A stretch of 64,000 nt of DNA from Coriobacteriales bacterium (GTDB taxonomy: Bacteria; Actinomycetota; Coriobacteriia; Coriobacteriales; QAMH01): contig JBJEHN010000065.1 in the NCBI GenBank assembly GCA_051876105.1, forward strand, positions 5,841-69,840, read 5' to 3'. How positions within the stretch are numbered: the stretch's first letter is position 1; each line of letters opens with the position of its first letter. The position numbers were made by a program, and so were the translations under genes. Positions 1 through 7,600 of this stretch are shown piece after piece. Under the pieces are notes generated by a model. It saw nothing but the letters and a program-made list of their open reading frames with translations. It was not told the DNA's origin and searched no databases.

Positions 1-1
1 G

Positions 2-367
2 GCGGCCCAGGCAACGCTCGCCGTGCCCATCCCGCCCACCCCCGGCCACCTGCGCACGCGCGGTTGGGACCACGTTGAGCCCTTGGCCGCCGGCGTGGCG
101 CAGGGCCTGGGGCTGCCGGTCGCGCGCCCCCTGCGCAGCGCCAAGGCGGTGGACCAGCGTCTGCTAGGCCGCAGCGAGCGCGCAGCCAACCGCAGCGGCA
201 CGCTCGCGCTCGACCCCGGCGCCAGCGCGGGGGCCCTGCGCGGTGCGACGGCCCTATTGGTCGACGACGTCCTCACCACCGGCGCCACCTGCAGCGCGGC
301 AGCCGCCCTGCTCAAGGAGGCCGGCGTTGGCCGAGTCCTCGTCCTCTGCTTTGCACGCGTGTGGTAA
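2..367 (+). CDS. ComF-family phosphoribosyltransferase-domain protein, C-terminal part (5' end lies outside the window)
   Basis: The frame is open from the window edge. A PRPP-binding-type motif LLVDDVLTTGAT lies near the C-terminus. Stop is TAA at 365-367. Confidence 0.7.
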   Translation, partial: AAQATLAVPIPPTPGHLRTRGWDHVEPLAAGVAQGLGLPVARPLRSAKAVDQRLLGRSERAANRSGTLALDPGASAGALRGATALLVDDVLTTGATCSAAAALLKEAGVGRVLVLCFARVW

Positions 368-411
368 AGTATTGCGCTTGCAGGGAACCGAATATCAGAC
401 GAAGGATGCTA

Positions 412-1005
412 ATGCTAGGTATTGGCTCTACTGAGCTTGTGCTCATCTTGTTCTTCGGATTCCTCATCTTCGGTCCGGAGAAGCTCCCCGAAATGGGGCG
501 CACGGTGGGCCGCGCAATCAGACAATTCAGGACCGCGTCAGACGAGGCCAGCGCCAAGTTCAAGGAAGAGGTCTACGACCCCTTCCAGGAGGCGATCGAC
601 CCCTACAAGACCGAGCTCGAGAAGACCGTCGCCCCTATCCAGGAGGACATCAACGCCATCAATGACTCCTTCTCGGAGACCAAGCAGGCCTTCACGGACC
701 CCCTGGGCACCAAGGCCCGCAAGAAGGAGGCGCAGGAGCGCAAGCAGGAGCTGCGCAACACCCTGAGCTTTGGCAGCAAGAAGGAGGACGCCCCTGCCGG
801 CGCCGCCGCTGCCAAGCAGGAGGCGCAAGACGCTATCAAGGCTGCCAGCCTCACCGCGGCAGACGCCAAGACCGGCGCCGGCATCGATGTCGACGACCCC
901 TTCGCCGCCGCCCCCGCGGCCGCGGCCCCGGCTGCCGCACCCGCCTCCAAGGAGGCAGACGAGCTCGCCGCCCTGTACGACTTCGACTCCAAGGACGGTG
1001 AGTAG
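412..1005 (+). CDS. tatA: Twin-arginine translocase TatA/TatB-family protein with a long low-complexity tail
   Basis: MLGIGSTELVLILFFGFLIFGPEKLPEMGR matches the TatA/E TM plus hinge plus amphipathic helix. Start is taken at ATG 412, with AAGGA just upstream. tatC follows directly. Confidence 0.85.
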   Translation: MLGIGSTELVLILFFGFLIFGPEKLPEMGRTVGRAIRQFRTASDEASAKFKEEVYDPFQEAIDPYKTELEKTVAPIQEDINAINDSFSETKQAFTDPLGTKARKKEAQERKQELRNTLSFGSKKEDAPAGAAAAKQEAQDAIKAASLTAADAKTGAGIDVDDPFAAAPAAAAPAAAPASKEADELAALYDFDSKDGE

Positions 1006-1007
1006 GC

Positions 1008-1778
1008 ATGCCCATCGGACCCGCACGCATGCCGCTGCTCGACCACCTGGGAGAGCTGCGGCGCCGCCTCGTCATCATCGTCGTCTGCGTGCTCGTCGCG
1101 CTGGTGGTGCTCTACCTCATCTCGCCCCAGCTCGTCGAGTTCCTCAAGCAGCCCATCGCCATGTACCTGCCCAACGACGGCATGCTCTACACCACCAGGG
1201 CCTTCGAGGGCTTCTCGGTCAAGGTCATGGTCTCGCTGTTCGCCGCCGTGGTGGTGTGCAGCCCCATCATCTTCTGGGAGATCCTGGCCTTCTTCCTGCC
1301 GGCCCTCAAACCCAACGAGCGCAAGTGGGTGCTGCCCACCTTCGGCGTGGCCGTGGTGCTCTTCGTGGTGGGCATGGTGTTCTGCTACAACTTCTGCCTG
1401 GGCGCTGCCTTCCAGTGGCTCACAGGCGAGAGCGACTCCATCGCAACTGTGCTGCCCGCGGCCAGCGACTACCTCAAGTTCCTGATGCTCTTCCTGATCG
1501 CCTTCGGCATCGCCTTCGAGCTGCCGCTGGTGATCTTCTACCTCATCCTCTTCGACATCGTCCCCTACCAGAAGCTCCGCAAGAACTGGCGCGTTGCCTA
1601 CATCGCGCTGCTGGTGCTCTCCGCCGTGGTGACGCCGGACGCAAGCCCCATCACCATGTTCATCATGTTCGCCGCGCTGGTGGCCCTCTACGAGGTCTCG
1701 CTCTTCGCAGCCCGCGTCGCCTTGCAGCGCAAGATCAAGCGCGCGGCAGAGCGCGAGGCGGCAGAGGCAGCCGAGTAG
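1008..1778 (+). CDS. tatC: Twin-arginine translocase subunit TatC
   Basis: Polytopic membrane protein with the N-terminal MPLLDHLGELRRRL signature typical of TatC. It is adjacent to tatA. Confidence 0.9.
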   Translation: MPIGPARMPLLDHLGELRRRLVIIVVCVLVALVVLYLISPQLVEFLKQPIAMYLPNDGMLYTTRAFEGFSVKVMVSLFAAVVVCSPIIFWEILAFFLPALKPNERKWVLPTFGVAVVLFVVGMVFCYNFCLGAAFQWLTGESDSIATVLPAASDYLKFLMLFLIAFGIAFELPLVIFYLILFDIVPYQKLRKNWRVAYIALLVLSAVVTPDASPITMFIMFAALVALYEVSLFAARVALQRKIKRAAEREAAEAAE

Positions 1779-1788
1779 GAGGCAGCGC

Positions 1789-2148
1789 ATGCACGAGCTC
1801 AGCCTGATGCAGGGCATCCTGGACTCCATCGCCCCTGTGGCGCGTGATGCCGGGGCCACCCGCGTCACGCAGGTGCGCCTCACCGTGGGCGAGATGACCC
1901 AGGTGGTCGAGGAGGCCATGCGCTTTGCCTGGGAGGCCCTCACCGCCGACGAGCCCCTCTACGAGGGCGGCGAGCTGGTGCTCGACTTCGTGGCGCCCAA
2001 ATCGCGCTGCCTGGACTGCGGGGCGGAGTTCACGCACGACCGCTTCCACCTCCTGTGCCCGGAGTGCGGCAGCCGCCTCACCATGGTCATAGAGGGCAAG
2101 GAGCTGCACATCGCCTCGATCGAGGTGGACGTCCCAGACGAGGAATAG
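1789..2148 (+). CDS. hypA: Hydrogenase nickel-incorporation protein HypA
   Basis: N-terminal MHELSL motif and two CxxC pairs (CLDCG, CPECG). hypB follows. Confidence 0.9.
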   Translation: MHELSLMQGILDSIAPVARDAGATRVTQVRLTVGEMTQVVEEAMRFAWEALTADEPLYEGGELVLDFVAPKSRCLDCGAEFTHDRFHLLCPECGSRLTMVIEGKELHIASIEVDVPDEE

Positions 2149-2157
2149 GAGCACCCC

Positions 2158-2823
2158 ATGGCACACATCGACCTGGACAAGAAGATCCTGGACAAGTCCG
2201 AGCGCTTTGCGCAGGAGAACCGCGAGCTGCTGGACGCGCACGGCGTCTTCATGATCGACCTGCTCGCAAGCCCGGGTGCCGGCAAGACCTCCACCATCAA
2301 GGCCACCATCAACGCCCTGCGCGAGAAGTACAGCATCGCCATCATCGAAGGCGACATCGCCAGCAACGTGGACGCAGTGCGCATCAAGGAGATGGGCATC
2401 CCCGCCGTGCAGATCAACACCGGCGGCAGCTGCCATCTCGAGGGCGACATGATCAACAAGGCCCTCAAGGTGCTCGACTTGGCCAACACCGACCTCATCA
2501 TCATCGAGAACGTGGGCAACCTGGTCTGCCCCACGGACTTCTACCTGGGCGAAGACGTCAAGGTCATGATCCTCTCCGTGCCCGAAGGCGACGACAAGCC
2601 CCTCAAGTACCCCGGCATCTTCCAGGCGGCCAAGGCCATCATCCTCAACAAGGTCGACACGCTGCCCGTCTTCGACTTCGACATGCCGGCCTTCGAGGAG
2701 CGCATCCTCAACCTCAACCCCCAGGCCCCGCTCTTCAAGATCGCAGCCACCAAGGAAAACGGCGTCGAGGGCTGGACCACCTGGCTCACCGAGCAGATCG
2801 AAGCCGCCAAGGCGGGCAGGTAG
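2158..2823 (+). CDS. hypB: Hydrogenase nickel-incorporation GTPase HypB
   Basis: P-loop GAGKTS, IENVGNLVCP motif and NKVD motif. Lies downstream of hypA. Confidence 0.9.
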   Translation: MAHIDLDKKILDKSERFAQENRELLDAHGVFMIDLLASPGAGKTSTIKATINALREKYSIAIIEGDIASNVDAVRIKEMGIPAVQINTGGSCHLEGDMINKALKVLDLANTDLIIIENVGNLVCPTDFYLGEDVKVMILSVPEGDDKPLKYPGIFQAAKAIILNKVDTLPVFDFDMPAFEERILNLNPQAPLFKIAATKENGVEGWTTWLTEQIEAAKAGR

Positions 2824-2840
2824 GCCCAGAGCGGCTCAAT

Positions 2841-3020
2841 GTCATTTCGACCAAGCGAACGTCAGTGAGCGCGTGGAGAAATCTCAGGTGGAGCCGCCGG
2901 GACCGTAACCCGAGACACGGCCTTGCAGCTCAACCTGAGATTTCTCCACTCCGGCGCTGATCGCGCCTACGGTCGAAATGACGCTCCGAGGGTCGGCGCT
3001 GCCGCGGCGGTCGAAATGAC
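2841..3020. repeat. MITE-like repeat, family B, copy R1 (inverted relative to R2 and R6; terminal arm duplicated)
   Basis: Outer inverted termini are gtcatttcgacc and ggtcgaaatgac. Inner stem is ggagaaatctcaggtggagc / gctcaacctgagatttctcc. A second ggtcgaaatgac lies 38 nt after the first (2971 and 3009). Confidence 0.8.
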
Positions 3021-3068
3021 GGCCTGGAGCGGCTCAGCAGCTTCATTCTGGTTGTCAGCCCTCAACGA

Positions 3069-3096
3069 AAAGGACCCGCGCTTGGCGGGTCCTTTC
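3069..3096. terminator. Hairpin between the convergent hypB and membrane-protein genes
   Basis: Stem aaaggacccgc / gcgggtccttt, with A-rich and T-rich flanks on the two sides. Confidence 0.6.
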
Positions 3097-3117
3097 GCGT
3101 TTGCTGCTTGCCTGGGC

Positions 3118-4023
3118 TTACTCCTGCGGGGGAACAGGGGCGGCATTGTCGCCTGCGGGAGCGGGCTGGGGCGCCTCCGCGTAGGGCGCGGCGGGCGGGA
3201 TGCAGTCGCCCGGCGCCGCAGGGGCCTGGCGGAAGCTGCGCACCTTGTGGATGTAGACGCAGTTGATGATCAGCAGCGCCATGGTGATGAGGCGGCAGCC
3301 CAGCAGGGCGATGACCGCGCCGATGATCGACCACACGAAGGCGCCGGTGAGCTTGTCCGGGTTGGAGGCGTTGCGCAGGCTGAGCACGGAGGCCACCAGC
3401 GTGACCGCGCAGCCCAGGACGTCGACGATGACGAAGAACCAGATGAGGGCGATGATCAGCTTGCTGACCGTGTCGCCTACCTCGCCCACCGTGTAGTTGC
3501 CCACAGGATCGCCGGCGTGCGCGTAGAGCCCGTTGGCGTCGCTGAGCACCACAATCAGGTCGAGGTAGTCTTCCTCCGTAACCTGCTGCAGGGCGATGCC
3601 GAACTCGCGCATGTCCTCCACGCCAAGCCCAACGAAGCTGAGCGCGAGCTGGTGGGCGTCGATGTCGGCGCCGGACTTTTTGGCCATGCTCTTGGGCATC
3701 TTCTCGATCTGCGCGGCGTCACCACCCTGGATGACCTGGCCGAGCTCGTGGACCGCGGAGATGTCGTTGTTGACGACCAGCAGCGAGAAGTCGGTCAGCG
3801 AGGTGCCGGTGATCTCCTCCATGGCGTCTGAGATCTCTCCCATGTAGCCTTCGATGTCAAAGGGCTGGTCTGCGACGGGATCGACGAGCTCTTTCTCGAC
3901 AGCCGTGGTGAAGGTGGCCGAGCAGGCGCCCAGGCCGAGGACGAAGACGATGCCCAAGATAGAGAGGACGATGGTGGCGATGCTCAGCCCGCGCACCACC
4001 TTTGAAGAGGACTCGTGCTCCAT
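3118..4023 (-). CDS. Hypothetical membrane protein (one N-terminal TM, an acidic extracytoplasmic domain, C-terminal TM cluster, Pro/Ala-rich tail)
   Basis: A 301-aa ORF with clear hydrophobic segments. I recognise no family motif. Confidence 0.55.
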   Translation of the reverse strand: MEHESSSKVVRGLSIATIVLSILGIVFVLGLGACSATFTTAVEKELVDPVADQPFDIEGYMGEISDAMEEITGTSLTDFSLLVVNNDISAVHELGQVIQGGDAAQIEKMPKSMAKKSGADIDAHQLALSFVGLGVEDMREFGIALQQVTEEDYLDLIVVLSDANGLYAHAGDPVGNYTVGEVGDTVSKLIIALIWFFVIVDVLGCAVTLVASVLSLRNASNPDKLTGAFVWSIIGAVIALLGCRLITMALLIINCVYIHKVRSFRQAPAAPGDCIPPAAPYAEAPQPAPAGDNAAPVPPQE

Positions 4024-4147
4024 GAGATTCTCCTTTCAGATGAAGAGGCTGGTACCCCGCCCCGAGTATACCCCGCATAATCCACAGCCAGCTAACGGCC
4101 GTGTAAGACCGGTGTCCCCTTGTGTCCCCAGCAGAGAGGCCCAAAGA

Positions 4148-4172
4148 AGAGCGCGCCCCGGAGGGCGCGTCC
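4148..4172 (-). terminator. Intrinsic terminator candidate after the NhaC-family gene
   Basis: GC hairpin gcgcgccc-cgga-gggcgcg, followed on the minus strand by tcttctttggg. Confidence 0.55.
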
Positions 4173-4197
4173 TGGAAGGGTGTTGCAGCGCTGCGGT

Positions 4198-5733
4198 TTA
4201 CTCAGCAGCAGCGGCAGGCTGGATGTCCTTGACGGACTTGCCGCAGACCTTCTTGATCACCAACAGGGTGCCGATGACCAGCACCACGCCGATGGGCAGG
4301 CAGATCACGGCGCTCTTGACAAAGCCCGCGATCACAAAGCACACAAAGCTCACGGCCGCCATGGTGAGGACGTAGGGCAGCTGGGTGTTCACATGCTCGA
4401 TGTGGTTCATGTTGGCGCCCGCAGATGCCATGACCGTGGTGTCCGAGATGGGGCTGCAGTGATCGCCGGCAACGGCGCCCGCCAGGCAGGCGGAGATGCC
4501 GATGGTGAGCAGGGTGGGCTCGTTGGCGAAGATGGGCAGCACGATGGGGATCAGGATGCCGAAGGTGCCCCAGCTGGTGCCGGTGGCGAAGGCGAGACCC
4601 AGGGCCACCAGGAAGATGATGGCGGGAAGCATGGCGTAGAGGCCCGCAGCCGCGCCCTCCATCACGCCGGCCACGAAGACGTCGGCGCCCAGCAGGCTGG
4701 TCATGTTCTTGAGGCTCACGGCAAAGGTGAGGACCAAGATGGCGGGGACCATGGCGTTGAAGCCGGCCACGAAGGAGGAGGTGGCGCCCTTGAAGGTCAC
4801 CACGCGGCGGGCCAGCAGGTAGATAAAGCTGAAGCACAGGGCGATGAGGGAGCCCCAGGGCAGCGCCGCGAGGGGGTCCGTGTCGGCAAAGGCGCCGATG
4901 ACGTCGTGGTAGGCCTCACCGTCCTCGGCCCAGAAGCCGCCCACGTAGAGCATGCCGACGATGCAGCACACGATGAGCACGATGATGGGCAGCAGCATAT
5001 CCCAGAGGCTGGCGCGCTTGTTCTCGACCGGGGTCTCGTCAGAGAGCGACCCCAGCTCGCCGTCGCGGTAGGCCTTGAGCTCGGCGGCGGCCATGGGGCC
5101 GTAGTCGAAGTTCAAGAACACCAGGCCGATGATGAAGACGATCATCAGCAGGGAGTAGAAGTTGAAGGGGATGGCGCTGATGAACAGCTCGATGCCGTTG
5201 ACACCCAGGTCGGCCGCCACGCCGGAGACGGCAGCTGCCCAGGAGGACACCGGCGCGATCATGCAGATGGGGGCGGCGGTGGCGTCGATGAGGAAGGCCA
5301 GCTTGGCGCGCGAGACGTTCTTGCTATCTGTCAGCGGGCGCATGACGGAGCCCACGGTGAGGCAGTTGAAGTAGTCGTCCACGAAGATGAGCACGCCCAG
5401 GACGAAGGTGGCGATCTGGGTGCCCACGCGGCTCTTGATGTGCTTGGCCGCGAACTTGCCGAAGGCCGCCGCGCCGCCGGCCACGTTGACCAGGGCAACC
5501 AGGATGCCCAGCATCACCAGGAAGATGAAGATGCCGGCGTTGTCTGCCACAGCGGGGATCATGCCGTCGTTGATGATGGTGTTCAGCGTGGCAACGGGTG
5601 CGAAGCCGGCCACGAGCAGGCCGCCCACCACGATGCCAATGAACAGGGAAGTGTAGGTCTCCTTGGTGATGAGCGCCAAGACGATTGCCACTATGGGCGG
5701 CAGCAGCGCCCACGCGGTGTTGACGAACTCCAT
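4198..5733 (-). CDS. NhaC-family Na+/H+ antiporter-type transporter (candidate lysine transporter given the leader)
   Basis: Polytopic protein starting MEFVNTAWALLPPIVAIVLALITKE, with NhaC-like architecture. Start ATG 5733 is preceded by AAGGAGGAG. An L-box leader lies upstream. Confidence 0.8.
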   Translation of the reverse strand: MEFVNTAWALLPPIVAIVLALITKETYTSLFIGIVVGGLLVAGFAPVATLNTIINDGMIPAVADNAGIFIFLVMLGILVALVNVAGGAAAFGKFAAKHIKSRVGTQIATFVLGVLIFVDDYFNCLTVGSVMRPLTDSKNVSRAKLAFLIDATAAPICMIAPVSSWAAAVSGVAADLGVNGIELFISAIPFNFYSLLMIVFIIGLVFLNFDYGPMAAAELKAYRDGELGSLSDETPVENKRASLWDMLLPIIVLIVCCIVGMLYVGGFWAEDGEAYHDVIGAFADTDPLAALPWGSLIALCFSFIYLLARRVVTFKGATSSFVAGFNAMVPAILVLTFAVSLKNMTSLLGADVFVAGVMEGAAAGLYAMLPAIIFLVALGLAFATGTSWGTFGILIPIVLPIFANEPTLLTIGISACLAGAVAGDHCSPISDTTVMASAGANMNHIEHVNTQLPYVLTMAAVSFVCFVIAGFVKSAVICLPIGVVLVIGTLLVIKKVCGKSVKDIQPAAAAE

Positions 5734-5789
5734 TGCTCTCCTCCTTACGCGGCGGGCGTTCACGGCGCCGCGCAGGCATGGAGCCAGGC

Positions 5790-5965
5790 GATGTCGTGGC
5801 AGCTCTCCGCTGGTTGCGACAGTGCGCAGGATCTTCTCCTGCGCCCCAGGCCACCCCAGCCCGTTGGGAAGCGGGGGTGCCTTCGGCGGCTGTCCCTTTC
5901 GCCCCGGGCCTCCCTAAGCCCGTGCCGGGGGTACTGATGAGAGCCGCACCTCTACCACACGTACA
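5790..5965 (-). promoter_or_regulatory. Lysine riboswitch (L-box)
   Basis: The minus strand reads GTAGAGGTGCGG...AGTA...GGGAGG...GAAAGGGACAGCCGCCGAAGG...GGCTGGGG...CACTGTCGCAA. These are the conserved L-box blocks AGAGGUGC, GAAAGGG, GCCGAAG and CUGUC in the canonical order. Boundaries are approximate. Confidence 0.85.
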
Positions 5966-5974
5966 GATATGGAG

Positions 5975-6002
5975 ATTGTAGGGTGATTTCAACGCAGGTC
6001 AA
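5975..6002 (-). promoter_or_regulatory. Sigma-70-type promoter for the riboswitch-nhaC transcript
   Basis: Minus strand has TTGACC, a 16-nt spacer, then TACAAT. The predicted start is a few nt before the L-box. Confidence 0.6.
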
Positions 6003-6038
6003 TTGCGAATACGTGAACTCCCCTCCCCAACGGGGCGG

Positions 6039-6073
6039 AATGGGACAGTGGGGACGTAGCCTACTGTCCCATT
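6039..6073. repeat. REP-like repeat, family A, variant copy
   Basis: Sequence aatGGGACAGTGGGGACGTAGCCTACTGTCCCatt. Confidence 0.85.
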
Positions 6074-6111
6074 TTTTGGGGTGTAGTTGCATAACATCGT
6101 ATATTGAAAAG

Positions 6112-6144
6112 AATGGGACAGTAGGCTACGTCCCCACTGTCCCA
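6112..6144. repeat. REP-like repeat, family A, variant copy (exact reverse complement of the core at 6042-6070)
   Basis: Sequence aatGGGACAGTAGGCTACGTCCCCACTGTCCCa. Confidence 0.85.
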
Positions 6145-6149
6145 CGCTG

Positions 6150-7199
6150 CTACACGCGCAGCACGCCCTGCTCGGTGAAAATGCCGGCCAGCAGCTGGTG
6201 GGGCGTGACGTCGAAGGCGGGGTTGAACACCGGCACCTCAGCGGGTGCGACGGGCTGCCAGGCGCCGCCGGCTATGGGCGCGCAGCGCACCTCGTGCGGG
6301 TCGCGCTGCTCGATGACGATGTCTGCGCCGCTTGCCAGGCTGCAGTCGAAGGTGCTCTGGGGCGCCGCCGTGTAGAACGGCACGCCGTGGTGCTGGGCGA
6401 GCACCGCCAGCGGGTAGGTGCCGATCTTGTTGGCGAAGTCGCCGTTGGCGCAGATGCGGTCCGCACCCACCACCACCAGGTCCACCTGCCCCGCCTGCAT
6501 AAGCGCGCCGGCCATGTTGTCGCACACCAGCGTGCAGGGCACGCCGGCCTGCATGAGCTCCCAGGCGGTGAGGCGCGCGCCCTGGCCCACGGGGCGGGTC
6601 TCGTCTACCCAGACCTTCTCGACCAGGCCCTCCTCCCAGGCATGGTAGATGACAGAGGTGGCCGTGCCGTAGAAGGCGGTGGCCAGGCTGCCGGCGTTGC
6701 AGTGGGTCTCGATGCGCAGGGGGCGGCCCAGGCGCTGCACCAGCTCGCGCAGCTCGGGCAGGGCGTTGAGCCCTATGGCGCGGCAGCTCTCGACGTCGTC
6801 TTCCAGGATCTGCTGCGCCAGAGCGAGCACCTCCGCGGCCAGCTGATCGCGGCCGGCGCCCAGCTCCACCAGGCCTTCCGCCAGGCTGCGGCAGCGCTCG
6901 ACGGCCCAGCTCAGGTTGACGGCCGTGGGGCGCACGGCGGCGATCTGCGCGCAGCGTTCGTCGAGCTGGGCGCGGGTGAGCCCGGCCGGCGCCTCGTTCA
7001 GCAGCCACAGCGCCACGGCAAAGGCCCCGGCATCGCCTATCGCCGGGGCGCCGCGCACCGCCAGCTCCGCGATCGCCGTGCACACCTCGCCCGAGCAGCG
7101 GCACTCGAGGAAGCGCAGCTCGTGCGGCAGCAGGCGCTGGTCTACCAGGCGCAGTGCGCCATCCGCCCACTCGAGCGTGCGGGGAAGGGACTCCAACAT
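6150..7199 (-). CDS. mtnA: S-methyl-5-thioribose-1-phosphate isomerase (eIF-2B alpha/beta/delta family)
   Basis: LRLVDQRLLPHE...VRGAPAIG...VVVGADRICANGDFANKIGTY are typical MtnA blocks. Confidence 0.85.
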   Translation of the reverse strand: MLESLPRTLEWADGALRLVDQRLLPHELRFLECRCSGEVCTAIAELAVRGAPAIGDAGAFAVALWLLNEAPAGLTRAQLDERCAQIAAVRPTAVNLSWAVERCRSLAEGLVELGAGRDQLAAEVLALAQQILEDDVESCRAIGLNALPELRELVQRLGRPLRIETHCNAGSLATAFYGTATSVIYHAWEEGLVEKVWVDETRPVGQGARLTAWELMQAGVPCTLVCDNMAGALMQAGQVDLVVVGADRICANGDFANKIGTYPLAVLAQHHGVPFYTAAPQSTFDCSLASGADIVIEQRDPHEVRCAPIAGGAWQPVAPAEVPVFNPAFDVTPHQLLAGIFTEQGVLRV

Positions 7200-7229
7200 C
7201 AGCTCACACCTCTCTCTGCGTGGCCCGCA

Positions 7230-7598
7230 TCAGCGGTAGCCCATGGCCTCGATCTGCTCCTCGCTCATCCCAAAGTAATGCCCCACCTCGTGCACCACGG
7301 TGCGGCGCACCTCCTCGGCCACCACGGCCGGGTCATCCGAGATGCGCTCGTGCGGGCCCTTGAAGACGGTAATGCAGTCCGGGTAGTCGTCGATGGAGCC
7401 GTAGCCGCTGCCGCGCTCCAGCAGCGAGACCCCGTCGTAGTTGCCCAAGATGTCCTCGCAGCCCTCTCCGTAGACCGCCGGGTCGGGCTCATCCTCAACG
7501 GCGAACACCACGTTGTCGAGCTCTGCCAAGAAGCGCTCCGGGATGGAGTCGATGGCGTCTTCAACCAAGGCGTCGAACTCCTCGTCTGTGAACATCAT
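7230..7598 (-). CDS. Zincin-like metallopeptidase-fold protein (DUF1025-type)
   Basis: 122 aa with an HEVGHYFG (HExxH) motif and an acidic N-terminus. Start is taken at the ATGATG at 7598. The longer track ORF runs antisense or out of frame into rlmL. Confidence 0.65.
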   Translation of the reverse strand: MMFTDEEFDALVEDAIDSIPERFLAELDNVVFAVEDEPDPAVYGEGCEDILGNYDGVSLLERGSGYGSIDDYPDCITVFKGPHERISDDPAVVAEEVRRTVVHEVGHYFGMSEEQIEAMGYR

Positions 7599-7600
7599 GG

